Shown: positions 28,606 to 44,039, numbered from the stretch's first letter. The stretch is 64,000 nt of DNA from Octopus sinensis (GCF_006345805.1 NC_043004.1:46252001-46316000); one strand, 5' to 3'. Numbers and translations are program-made. Notes: generated by a model from the letters alone, not told the origin.

Positions 28606-28727
28606 ATCCTTTCGGGGTCGATAAATTAAGTACTAGTTACGCACTGGGGTCGATGTAATCGACTTAATCCGTTTGTCTGTCCTTGTTTGTCCCCTCTATG
28701 TTTAGCCCCTTGTGGGCAATAAAGAAA
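28606..28727 (+). mobile_element. SINE family B, 5'-truncated, with TSD
   Basis: Matches the 3' half of 38513-38745; atatataagtatg is repeated at 28592-28604 and 28731-28743. Confidence 0.85.
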
Positions 28728-29882
28728 CAGATATATAAGTATGCATGTTCAAAATTGGATAAAGGCAGAAGAGTTATGATGACGACGCCGATGGTATAAT
28801 ATGCTGTTGCTGGTTGTATTGTTATTAGAGAGGGTAAGTTTGAAGTAGTGGTTGTCTTTATGGGTGTTGGTGGTAGATGTAGATTTTGTGTAGCGGTGAC
28901 AGTATGATGTATAAAAAGGAGGAAACGAGGATCAGCCGATCTATAGACTATGAATATGGAATTAACATGAACATAAGGTCTGATTTCTTCATCGGAAAAT
29001 TAAAATATCAAAATAGACAATAAAACAACATCAATAATAAATAACATAACCCTGACCGTCACGGAAATGATAGTCACAAAAACAAATGACAACATCACTG
29101 AGCTAAATGACATAAGATATACAGCAGACACAGCAACCACAAAAGAAGCTGGATACTCCCTGGAACCCATCAAAGCAGGAATACCACTACCCAAACCCTA
29201 TAGTTAATTAATTTCCAAAAAATAGAAAAAAAAAGAGAAAATATCTGTCGATTCGTAACGAAATAAGTAAACAATCAACACTATTAGGCAACAAGTCTCC
29301 ACCCGTTTCCTTTCATTATTATTATTATTATTATCATCATCCTGACTGATATCACTGATATTATTGTTTTTATGTATAGTAGCAGTAGTGGTTGCATCAG
29401 TAGCAACGGTTGCAGCGGTGGGGTGGTGATAAGGATGGAAGTTGGGCCTCAGATTCCTGTGCTACCATAATAGTAGTAGTTGTAGTATTATTGTAATATA
29501 AGTAGTATTTAGTATTGGGGGCGGCAGCATATAATTTTTTATATTTATCACCTTTACCACCACTACCATTGTTGGGAGAAATACTTGGGTACCAGTTTGG
29601 TGAATAGATCATATAGTATACAGGTCTATAAATAGAATCTGCTGGTGGTGGGGAGGTCAGTCATTGAGACAAAAGAATCTTCGGTGCCTGTGGGTCAGCA
29701 GAGGTCAAATGTGTTTAATACTACCAGTGGCCACTGAGAGCACTGCCTTGAATAGCAGCAATTCAAGCTGTTCTAACTGTACTTACTGGTAGAAAAAAAA
29801 CAACAATAATAATATCTATGTATATACATATGTATCTCTCTCTCTCTCCCCTCCCTCTCTATCTCCCCATCTCTCTCTCTTC

Positions 29883-29940
<58 letters not shown>

Positions 29941-29942
<2 letters not shown>

Positions 29943-30240
29943 TAGAGAAAAACACCTTTTATCAATTCAATATTGAAAAATAAAATTGTAGCATCTAGAA
30001 AAATTACATATTATAGAAAGATTAAATATAAGATTAAACATATAACAATGACTACGTAATATGCAAAATAGTAAATAAAACGTATATCTACCAAATATAT
30101 ACGTTTTATTTACTATTTTGTATATTACTTAATCACTGTTATATGTTTTATCTTATATTCAATCTTTCTATCTGTAATTTTTCTAGATGGCATAATTTAA
30201 TTTTTCATTATTGAATTGATAAAAAGTTTTTTTTTCTAAT
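29941..30240. repeat. About 300-bp AT-rich near-perfect hairpin (foldback element)
   Basis: Centre aaaatagtaaataaaacgtatat-ctaccaa-atatatacgttttatttactatttt; pairing extends out to attagagaaaaa/ttttttttctaat; (TA)n on both flanks. Confidence 0.75.
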
Positions 30241-30424
30241 TTATATATATATATATATATATTGTAAAATTTGATTTAGTATTTCTAAATTAAATTTTTC
30301 CCAGTAAATTTGGAAGAATATTTCCTCATATAATATAATATTATATATATATATGTATGTGTACACACATACAGACATACACACACATACACACACACAG
30401 ACACACACACACACATATATAGAT

Positions 30425-30495
30425 ACCTTTTATTGTAACAATACAATTGAATTCAGAAATTCAAAAATTCAATGACGTGAATATCAATATATATT

Positions 30496-30575
<80 letters not shown>

Positions 30576-30650
30576 TACAAATATATATTGATATTCACGT
30601 CATTAAATTTTTGAATTTCAGAATTCAATTGCATTGTTACAATAAAAGGT
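30425..30650. repeat. Inverted repeat centred on a (TA)n run
   Basis: accttttattgtaacaatacaattgaattc...gacgtgaatatcaatatatatttg (TA)n caaatatatattgatattcacgtc...gaattcaattgcattgttacaataaaaggt. Confidence 0.8.
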
Positions 30651-30869
30651 GTGTTTACGTATTTGGGTAATATATTAAAGTTTTCATGTCTTCTGGAGAT
30701 GTTCGTTTTGAATGTCCAGTTTGAGAAACCTGTAGGACTTTTACAATGAAAAAGATGTTTAAATTTTCAAATTCTCAGGGAGAGGGGAAATGATAAGTAT
30801 ACACACAGTAGTTGTAGATATTATAGTTTTTTTTATTTTATTTTATTTTGTTTTTATTTTTTGAAGCAG

Positions 30870-31900
30870 ATCGCTTGTGTCTTCGAAAACTATAGGTATA
30901 TAAGTTTCCAAACTTGTTTTATATTGAGAAATTTGTTGACAATATAAGCCCACCAGCCAAAAGCTGATGTCAACCGTTTGTACTTGAACAGACAACAGAA
31001 TGGAAAAGGCTTCATTGCTGTGAAAGAGTGTATACAGTTGGAAAGAAAAAAAACTTACTAGAATAGTTAGTGAACTACAGAGAGAAAATAGAACCCTCAT
31101 CATGGTCAGTTTTTGAAAGCCGCTATGGAACAAACTTCTGGGTTTGGCTAAGAAAAGGGCAATGAAAAAACAATGGAGAGCCTAATTATAGCAGCTCAAC
31201 ACCAAGCGATAAAACTTGAGAAATATACGCATAGGGGTAGAAGGTGTCAGAAAAATGTAGTCTGTGGAATTTGAATGAGACAGTGGCACACATTGTTGCA
31301 GAATGTCCCAAAATGACATAAGGAGAATATCAGAAATGGAGGCATCGCCAACTCGTGAAAGTATTACACTAGGAGCTTTATCAGAAATCGGGATTTGAAG
31401 CTGGAAGTACATGTTATTGTCATCGGGTCGAAAGAGTGCTGAGGTTTGAGAAATTCAAAATTTTGTGGGATTTTGCTATCCAAATGTATAAGAATCTAAA
31501 AAATATCATACCACGCATATCAATAATAGACAATAATAGACAAGCTGCTTACTAATTGATCCATCATGTCTGTTTGATCTCTGGATTATGAAGAAAGGGG
31601 ATGAAGAACAAAGTAAAACAAACCATAAACATTTGAAATTGCAAGAATTTGGAGTATGAAAACTGCAAAATTTGGGCCTGTAATTATTGGTGCATGAGGA
31701 ACTATAAGTAAAGATATAAACAAATGGTTGGGGGAGATTAGAATAGAATGTTTGTCTCTTAGGGACAGGAACGATTATCAAGAGGGGCTTAAGTTTTCAA
31801 TGACTATTGAAAACTTGTGGACAACTCAGGTTACAGGTATTAACCCGCTACCCATATTCTACCAGGAATAAAAACTAACCAGAGTTAAATCAATAATAGT
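30870..31900 (+). pseudogene. R4/Dong-like non-LTR 3' portion (CCHC + REL endonuclease), degraded
   Basis: Manual translation gives LYLNRQQNGKGF, ESLIIAAQHQAI, NETVAHIVAECPK, KILWDFAIQ and AYLID. Ends in a (TAA)/(TGA)n tail at about 31890-31940. Confidence 0.75.
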
Positions 31901-31901
31901 A

Positions 31902-31936
<35 letters not shown>

Positions 31937-32134
31937 AATGTCTGTGCGTCTGTGACGGTACTGTTGAATGTGATAGTATAATTATTTACACATCGTTACA
32001 TATAGCCAGACCCTGAGAAAATGTATCCGTATGTTCGTTCGTATGCCTGTGGAAGATGAAGCAAAGTAAAATATTTTGTGATTTGGTAGGTCACTATGTA
32101 GACGTCGCGGTTACGAGGCAGAAAATGCATATAT

Positions 32135-32196
<62 letters not shown>

Positions 32197-32354
32197 GTGT
32201 GTGTGTGTGTGTGTGTGTGTATTATATATATATATATCTATATATATAAATATAGTATATATATATATATTATATATATATATATTATATATATATTAAT
32301 ATATATATAGATATATATATATATATATAATATATATATAATATATATATACTA

Positions 32355-32413
<59 letters not shown>

Positions 32414-32421
32414 TATATATA

Positions 32422-32454
<33 letters not shown>

Positions 32455-32600
32455 CTATATTTATGTATATATATATATATATATTCATTGAGTCGAAAGC
32501 AACTAGATTTCATGACCACAGACATTCCATCTAATTAAACATCTCATTAAACAACTTGTACAGCGTTAAATCGGAAATATATTGGGAAATTCAATTTGTT

Positions 32601-32967
32601 TATTCTTTTACTTGTTTCATTCATTAGACTACAGCCATGCTGGGGCACTGCCTTGAAGAAATTTACTGGAAAGGATGAACCCCAGTACTTTCATTTATAT
32701 TTTTAAGGCCTCCTACTTATTTTATCGGTCTTGCTGTGCGGATAGGTTACGGGGACGTAAAGATACCAACACCGGTTCGTAGGGGAAGCACACACACACA
32801 CACATACGACGTTCGTCTTTCAGTTTCTGTCTACCAAATCGACTAGCAAGGCTTTGGTTGCTCGAGGCTCTAGTAGAAAACACTTGCCCAGGGTGCCACG
32901 CAATGAGACAGCACGGATCCAAGTGGTTGGAAAGTAAGCATATTACCACGCAGCCACTCCTGCACCT
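32601..32967 (-). mobile_element. SINE family A, diverged
   Basis: Homology to 2793-3208 in head, centre and tail. Confidence 0.8.
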
Positions 32968-33399
32968 AGACTATATTTTACAATTTGCATGTTTAAACGA
33001 GGACGGAAATGTTGTATGACAACAGAGAGAGATTTAATCATGTGTGTTCTCCTGCAATGAATATAGTTTCTTCTGGAAGAAATAATTCAATTATAACATT
33101 TCTACTGTTTTTATTTGAATCACTAATCTACATCTGTCGGGAGCCTATTTGCATTTGATAAAGGCGATTCGTTGAAAGTTAATTGTCTTTTCTAAGAGAT
33201 CGACCGAATAGTGTAGAGATAACCTGAGACCATCCAGATAATAGAAATTTAAATTCGAGTAATTATCATTCTTCTGTTCTAATGTGATCGAAATTGTGCA
33301 AAATCTTAAAATTATTTTGTCAAATAACAGAGAAAGATAACAAAATAAACATTTATTAGCCTGGCATTAATTGTAAATGTAGGTGCTGTAATTGTGCAA

Positions 33400-36062
<2,663 letters not shown>

Positions 36063-36632
36063 CTATAATGGTTTATGCGAAACAGACTATTTAGACATAT
36101 TTTTAATTGAAATTAGTGAAATCCATTTTTCTTTTCAGTCAATCAATATTTTCTTAGTTTTTTAGTCGCTTTGCACGCTTTAGTAAATCCTTTTGATAAC
36201 TTATTTTAATCGATTGTGCATACATTTTCTTGACTGGCATTTCCATATATTTTGTATTTTTATGTGCAAGTATATTTTTTTTATCTTCTGTGCTTTTATA
36301 TATCTATTCCTTTTATATGTTGAAGACCATGGTAATATTTTTATATGATCAAATGTATGGAAGTGAAGTGTTATGTAAAGTCATTGACTCGAATTCGATG
36401 TTTGTTCTCTAATCAATGTTATTTTGTCTCTGTCTCAATTTCATTTGAGCATTTCTTTTTTGCAGTCCTATATATAATTATTCGTTTTATATGTTTATAT
36501 TTGTTCTAATGTATGGGAGCGTGGTGTTATATAAAGTCATTGACACGAATTTAATGTTTGTTCTCTAATTAATGTTGTTTGTCTCCCTCTCTCTTCTGTA
36601 CACAGTGACTCTAGAACCACGATAAAAAAAAA

Positions 36633-37580
36633 TAGAGCTACAAGTTACCTGAACGACGGAAAACAAACTGGTCCTGACAACATCTCACCAGAAGTACTAA
36701 AGAGATGTGGCTTAGACGATATTATCCTTTAATCTGCAAACAAACCTCTAAATAACAATGTGAAGCCAAAAGAATGGTCTGTGATAGTCTTGCCACCACT
36801 GCACAAAACTGGAGACCTAAGTGATACTGGGAATTACAAAGAGATGAGTCTGTCTTACATTATTGCAAAAATGGTCAAGATGGTACTTAACCGAATATTA
36901 CATAAGATAGACAAATAATTGTGACCAAATCAAAATGGATTCAGATCAGGACAGTCAACAACATCTCACATTCTTGCACTTAGAAGACTGATAGAGGGAG
37001 TTAAGAGCCATAGCAGGAAGGCTATCATTATCTATGTAGACTTTGAAAAGGCTTTTGATTCAGTACATAGAGGAATGGTGATGAAAGTACTTAAAGCATA
37101 TGATATTCCATCAAAAATTCTGGGAGCAATAAGTAAGCTGTATGGGAACACCAGGGAAAAAGTGGTCACTCTTGATGGCGAGGGATCATTCCTGAATTCA
37201 AAGCCGGGGTATTACAAGGCGACACGCTAGCACCTTATCTCTTCGCCATCGTTCTGAACTATGTAATGCGTAGAACGTACGAGGGCAAGGAAGAAGAACC
37301 GGGATTCAAACTGCATAAGCGAAGAAGTAGAAGGCATCATGCAGTAACAGTAACTGACCTAGACCATGCTAATGACCTGGCATTACTAACAGAAAGGAGA
37401 GATCAGGCACAGGAGATGCTGAGCAGATTAGAGCAGGAATCGGGGAAGGTAGGATTGTACTGTAATGCAAAAAAAAAAAAACAAGAGCTGCAAGTATTCA
37501 ACCACGAAATGTCTATGTCAGTGAAAGTGAGAGACGGTTAGTCACTCAAGGTAGTTGAAAATTTTAAATACCTTGGTGCA
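36633..37580 (+). pseudogene. RTE-like reverse transcriptase fragment
   Basis: GPDNISPEVLK, NQNGFRSGQST, YVDFEKAFDSV, GVLQGDTLAPYLF, DLDHANDLALL, ENFKYLG, with stops and frameshifts. Confidence 0.88.
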
Positions 37581-37820
37581 AATAACATGAAATACGTACG
37601 TCCTCAATATCTTTCTCGTTGTTTGCATATTTCATTCGTTTTTCGCTCGTTGTTTACATATTTCATGTTATTTGCACCGTTGGTATATATATATATATAT
37701 ATATATAGATATATATATATATATATATATAATATATATATATGTGTGTATATATATAGACCCATTTTAAAGGGAATCTCTCTAATGTCCCATCGATTAT
37801 CATTATATGATATACACACA

Positions 37821-38040
37821 GGTAGACGGACAATTCGTCGACAGACAGTTAACCGATAGACAATTGGCCGACAGGCAACTTACAGACAGGACAAGAAAAA
37901 GTGAGAAGAATAATAAACGATAAACAGGCAGGGGTAATAAATCTAACATTTTAGATACAACCATGTGAAATGCGCATGATGATGTATGGAGGTTGGGTAC
38001 ATTACGTCGGCGAATTGTCTGTCGACGAAGTGTCTGCACA
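37821..38040. mobile_element. Small non-autonomous DNA element with subterminal inverted motifs
   Basis: gacaattcgtcgacagac and gacaattggccgac on the left versus gtcggcgaattgtc and gtctgtcgacgaagtgtc on the right. Confidence 0.5.
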
Positions 38041-38512
38041 CGTACACACATTAATACAAAAACTAAAAGGCTTTAACAATAAGTAAATAAGCCCAGTGGA
38101 AAGAGTGCCGTGAAGAAAGAATATCTTTTCAGAAATTCAAGAACAGGAAGCTACCGAAATAGACCATAGACTATCACTGCGCTTGATAACCGGTCTTGCT
38201 TTATTTACGTCCACATAACCTGGCGGTTGGTATAAGAGGCAGGAAGAATAAGTGCAAGGTATGAAAATATTCTGGGGTCAATTTGTCCGACTAAACTCCA
38301 TAAGGAGTTATCCAAGCATGGCCGCAATCCAATGATTGGAGAAAGTAAACGATAAAATATGAAAGCTAACAACAACTACGCGAAAGAAAAGCACATCTCA
38401 TACCCAAAGCACACAAGGCTAAACTTGGTAGTACACTATAAACACACACACGCACACACATACACACACACACACACACTCACACACACACACGCAAGGC
38501 TACTGAATAATT

Positions 38513-38745
38513 AAAGGCGACGAACTGGCAGAAACGTTAGCACGCCGGGCGAAATGCTTTGCGGTATTTCGTCTGCCGTTACGTTCTGAGTTCAAATTCC
38601 GCCGAGGTCGACTTAGCCTTTCATCCTTTCGGGGTCGATAAATTAAAGTACCAGTTACGCACTGGGGTCGATTTAATCGACTTAATACCTATGTCTGTCC
38701 TTGTTTGTCCCCTCTATGTTTAGCCACTTGTGGGTAATAAAGAAA
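38513..38745 (+). mobile_element. tRNA-derived SINE family B, full length, 17-bp TSD
   Basis: Head aaggcgacgaactggcagaaacgttagc, B box gagttcaaattcc, core gcctttcatcctttcggggtcgataaa. TSD aaggctactgaataatt at 38496-38512 and 38746-38762. Confidence 0.92.
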
Positions 38746-39364
38746 AAGGCTACTGAATAATTATTATAACTGTCAGTGTGCTGTTTCCCTTGTCTAAGCT
38801 ACATTGCACAAAATCCCATGGCATATATTCTAATCTCGCGTTCATTTCCTTATTCTCAACCCTCTTCAAATGAATTACAACTCTTTATAGTAATACGTAT
38901 GCTGTAAAACGAGTAGATAAAGTCGTTTCTAAAAGTCGACTATATAAATAAATATCATGTCTCAAGTAGAAACGGTAGTGTACAAGATCATATGTACTAC
39001 TAAATTAAAACATCATTTATAATCTGTATTGAAATTATCTGCCCACAAACGTCAGCAATTTACACATCAATTCTTGCCGATATGTAATTTGTCACATCAT
39101 TTGTCATGTAACGTGTTCGTCATTCTCTTTAGAATTTCATTAGATTTATGCTTTATGAATTTTAATATACCCTATCAAAGCTCAAAGTAGAAGTGATTAA
39201 TACGTGACATCTGTTTATTTCACATAATACAATCAATAGAACAACGGAATCGAAGCTAATTTACATGATGTGTGTAGTTGTTTCGCCTCTTAATTTATTG
39301 TCTCTGAGTCTGAAAGAAAATGAAGCCTACTTTATTATTATATTTACTACCACCGCCACCACCA

Positions 39365-39620
39365 TAATCCCTCTAATATCGCGGGTGTTCCGTTCCAGAC
39401 CACCCCCTACATACACAGACGATAGGTGAAAGTTCGCGTAGTAGAAGCAGTACTGTACATATTTTTTAATTATCTTTTATAATTTGCATATATCTATTTT
39501 ATCGTAGATGCAAAACAACACCACGGAGGAAACGGTGTAAGCTTAACGGATAAACCGCGGTAGCTGAACCGCGGTATGTGAACCGCGATAGGGGAACAGC
39601 GATATAGAGAGGGATTACTA
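39365..39620. mobile_element. pogo/Tigger-like MITE
   Basis: Terminal taatccctctaatatcgc versus gcgatatagagagggatta, with internal aaccgcg repeats. Confidence 0.55.
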
Positions 39621-39899
39621 TACTTAAACTATCGCTACCACCGCCGCAACAACAGCCAAACCATTAATAATAATTGATTCTAGCGTTAGCAGATAGACTG
39701 ACATTTTGATGAGAGGGTATGGTCGAAATGATTGATCTTTATATTTCACTGGTACGGCATTTCATACATTGAGGGATGAAAGCTAGGTTTATCTCGATGG
39801 GATTTGAACTCATATTACAAATACTGTAAGCCATCTCCCGATGCTCTGATCATTCTGTAAGCAGCCATCCTCTTCATGATAAAAACATCACATTATTTC

Positions 39900-40400
39900 A
39901 TGAAAAATTAATCCACTGCTTATGGGAGATTTTCATATTTTAGCGTCGTTTATTATGTATTCAGCTGGCCCTTTATTTTTCTTCGTTTATGATATTGGCC
40001 CCTTCATGTCCTACATACATGTGCCGACTATCCTCGTCAGTATTTTACTTTTTGACGAAGAAAGATCATTTCCTACTATCTCAAGCTATGTATATTGCTG
40101 CATGGCAAGTAAATCACATTTATTATTCCCTAATTTCATTCATTGGGCCATACTGGACATTGATCACTGTGTCAGGTTTCAATCATACCAAATCATTTCG
40201 GACACTCAAAAATAACGTTGTTGACGTTTTCACGTTTCCTTAATTTATACCCTGATTTTCATCGACTTCAGTATCCTATCTGCAACTTTTGCTCATATGC
40301 ATCTCACCGAAATTCAGTTTTGAAAGATTTTGTTCTGATGGAATGGGACCCTTCTAGATTTCTACCATTTGATTCTAGCATTTTGGTTTGTGTTTTTCCA
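39900..40400 (-). pseudogene. Highly degraded R4/Dong-like CCHC/REL fragment
   Basis: RENVNNVIFECPK (compare ET..HI..ECPK) followed by KIL... and YIINDA (compare KILWD...IIDVA) across frames. Confidence 0.4.
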
Positions 40401-40459
40401 TTAATAATTCTAAAAACCTCTTTCTTTCATTTTATTAATTTTTAGTTGTGTTACATTTA

Positions 40460-41464
40460 TTAGGTTGTCAAGAAAGTTCTTGCGGCTTCTAACCTTTAAA
40501 TTCAGATACACATATCTCGGCTCAAATAAAACATTATTAATCGACATAAACACCATCAGAATCAACACACTTTTGCCAAGGCGAAACAAGTTTATTTATG
40601 CCAGTAGCGTAAAAATCCTGCGTTCTCATGGCGATGAATTCGTTGAAGGAGTGTTTGGAATCGTCTTGGTTTTTGAAGCATTTCTCACGCAGGAAGTTGT
40701 CGAGATGCTTGAAAAAGTGATAGTCGGTAGGCGAGAGGTTTGATGAGTATGGCGGATGAGGCAGAGTTTTGTAGCCCAATTCGTTCAGCTTCTGTACGGT
40801 CAACTGTGTGACGTGCAGCCGAGCATTGTCGTGGAGAAGAATTGGTCCTTTTCTGTTGACCAATGCTGGCTGTTGTTGTCGGAGTTTCTTATGCATTTCA
40901 TCCATTTACTGACAGTACTTCCCCGCCGCAATGGTTTCGCCTGGATCCAAAAAGCTGTGATGGAAGCGACCGGCCGCAGACCACCAAACAGTCACCATGA
41001 TCTTCTTTTGGTGCAACTTTGGCTTCGGGAAGTGCCGTGGAGATTCGATAGCGTCCAATAACTGATCTGCGTGTCGCTGGTTTTTGTAAAGAATCCACTT
41101 TTCATCGCAAGTCCCAATCCGGTCGAGAAACGGATTGTTCTTCTTGCGTAAAAAAAGGGAAGACGACACTTCAAAAAGGCGATATTTTTGGTTTTATTTC
41201 AATTCGTGCGGCACCCATTTCTCTTGTATTTTTGTTTTCCCAATCTCTTTCAAGTGGATGGAAATTGTCGTGACCGTTACGTCTAATTCAGAAGTAAGCT
41301 CTCGAACAGTTGTGCGTGGACTGGCTTCGAAAAGGCTCTTAATTGAACGTTGTCAACATCCGATGGCGGACCACTACGCTAATCATCTTCAAGACTCTCG
41401 TCACTGCTACGAAATTTCTTGAACCACCATTCCGCTGTTTTGTCTATTTTCATAAAGCTTCCCG

Positions 41465-41513
<49 letters not shown>

Positions 41514-42340
41514 GACATATATATACATATAAATGCATATATATATAGATAAATATATGTATATAAATATATATATTTACGTATACATACACACACACAC
41601 ACACACACACACTCACATATATGCATAAGTGTAGAAAATTTATAGAAATATCCTACCGGTGGCCAGCATGCGTAATAAAGGCAATAGACAACATATTTCT
41701 CATATAGATTAATGTACGTATTTATACACAAAGAGGTGACATTTAACAGGACACCTTACATGCTGCAAAAGGCAGTTAAATTCGAAACCACGAATAATAT
41801 TAATTTGAAAAAGAATGAAAAATATAAGTATTTCAATAGTTACCCTTATACTCGAGTTTCAGTATCTACGTGCAAAGAAATTAACTTGCCATCCGTACTT
41901 CTTCAGTCACGGTGCCCGAAAGAACAACCATTGTAAAATAATAAAGGAAAAGCATCACAATTGGCCATAGTGATTGCCTGCTTTTGATAAGGGACCTCGA
42001 AGTATGTAAAGAAGCTACACAAAGCATTATACGTAGTAGAAAGATTTTCACACAGCGATGCAATAGAAACAAGAGTAAAGAGAAAAATGAGTTTTAGTAG
42101 TTCCTGGGCCAAACGCATCGTTGATATCGCGTGCTGTTTCAGCAGCTTTTCTGCCTAGTTTAAAGTGAAAAAAGATGGCCTAATAATTCAAGAAGAAAAT
42201 CATTAACACAATAAGATAGAGCGAAAAGCGTGCTTTATAGTGATATATAAAATCAAAGTAATTTAACGAAAATTAACTTGAAAATACATAATTTAAAACA
42301 AAAAATAAAAAATTCCGCAACAACTTTCTTGACAATCTAA
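40460..42340 (-). mobile_element. Complete mariner with both TIRs and TA TSD, carrying a 661-bp insertion
   Basis: ta|ttaggttgtcaagaaagttcttgcgg at 40458 and ccgcaacaactttcttgacaatctaa|ta at 42315-42342. Transposase pieces: FKLGRKAAETARDINDAFGPGTT, WWFKKFR, TCDEKWILY, LLHDNARLH, HPPYSSNLSPTDYHFF. Confidence 0.92.
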
Positions 42341-43011
42341 TAAATATTCGAGCTCGACTTTTTATTAATGAATCGACTTTGCTGATTGTTCCCTTGCTAG
42401 TAAATTTGCTCATTTAATCAGCTCTTCCACTAAAACTCATTTTTCTCTTTACTTTTGTTTCTATTGCATCGCTGTGTGAAAATCTTTCTACTACGTATAA
42501 TGCTTTATGTAGCTTCTTTACATACTTCGAGGTCCCTTATCAAAAGCAGGCAATCACTATGGCCAATTGTGATGCGTTTCCTTTATTATTTTACAATGGT
42601 TGTTCTTTCGGGCACCGTGACTGAAGAAGTACGGATGGCAAGTTAATTTCTTTGCACGTAGATACTGAAACTCGAGTATAAGGGTAACTATTGAAATACT
42701 TATATTTTTCATTCTTTTTCAAATTAATATTATTCGTGGTTTCGAATTTAACTGCCTTTTGCAGCATGTAAGGTGTCCTGTTAAATGTCACCTCTTTGTG
42801 TATAAATACGTACATTAATCTATATGAGAAATATGTTGTCTATTGCCTTTATTACGCATGCTGGCCACCGGTAGGATATTTCTATAAATTTTCTACACTT
42901 ATGCATATATGTGAGTGTGTGTGTGTGTGTGTGTGTATGTATACGTAAATATATATATTTATATACATATATTTATCTATATATATATGCATTTATATGT
43001 ATATATATGTC

Positions 43012-43062
<51 letters not shown>

Positions 43063-43089
43063 CGGGAAGCTTTATGAAAATAGACAAAA
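41438..43089. repeat. Large inverted repeat: 661-bp arms (41438-42098 and 42429-43089), 330-bp spacer
   Basis: Identical 74-aa ORFs at 41712-41936(+) and 42591-42815(-). By eye the arms differ by 3 substitutions and by one repeat unit in each of two microsatellites. Confidence 0.95.
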
Positions 43090-43160
43090 GACGAAGGCAG
43101 GTGGAAAAAACAACGAACAATTGTATTAGTATGGCGCTCAGGAAATATAAATAAAACAAG

Positions 43161-43198
43161 TCTTTAACGTTTCGAGCCTACGCTCTTCAACAGAAAGA
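43161..43198 (-). ncRNA. Minimal type I hammerhead-like motif with variant core (predicted)
   Basis: Minus strand: tcttt CTGTTGAA gagc gtag gctc GAA ACGT T aaaga. Stem I 5 bp, stem II 4 bp, palindromic ACGT stem III. Confidence 0.55.
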
Positions 43199-44039
43199 TA
43201 CACAGAGAGAAAAAAAAACACAGAAAGAAGGAGAGAAAAAAATGCGTGCAGTAGCTAACGAATCAACATGGCGATCTGATTTCGGCCAGAGGTCAAAGAT
43301 CAAACATGAGACGCGAGAGCGAAATAAGGGGAGATAATAGGGTTGATAATATGGTTGAAGGACCAGCTAATAGTGCGTAGGAGGGGTCTGGACGTGTGTA
43401 TGTATAGGGTTGGTGTATGTATTAGTATGTATAAGGGTGTGTGTGTGTGTGTATGAGAGAGTATTAGTGCGTAGGATTGGGGTGGACGTGCGTATGTATG
43501 GGGTTGGTGTATGTATTAGTATGTATTAGTATGTATTAGTACGTATTAGTATGTATAAGTGTGTGTGTGTGTGTGTGTGTATGAGAGAGTATAAGTGCGT
43601 ATGAGGGGTCTGGACGTGTGTATGTATAGGGTTGGTGTATGTATTAGTATGTATTAGTATGTATTAGTATGTATTAGTATGTATTAGTTGGTGTATGTAT
43701 TAGTATGGCACATCATATATGATGTGATGTGTGAAGTCGTGTGGTGTAGTGAGGAGAAGAGGGGGAGAAGGGGGAGGGGGAGGAGAGGGGGAGAGAGAGG
43801 AGGGGAGAAGGAAGGGGAGGAGGGGGAGGAGGGGGAGGAAGGAGGAAAGAGGGAGAGGGAGAGAGAGAGAAGGGGAGTGAGGGAGAGTGAGGGAGCAGAG
43901 GGAAGGGGAAGAGGGAAGGAGGGAGGGAGAAAGAGAGAAGAAGGGAAGGGGAGTAGGGGTGAAAGGATGAAGGACTGAAGAAGTAGGGGTCGGGGGAAAG
44001 GATAGGTGAGGAGGGGGGAGAGGGGGTTAGATGAGGAGG

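Noticed and set aside
29000-29200. A/C-rich open frame resembling a LINE ORF1 tail
   Set aside because: Too short, and no motif ties it to any family.
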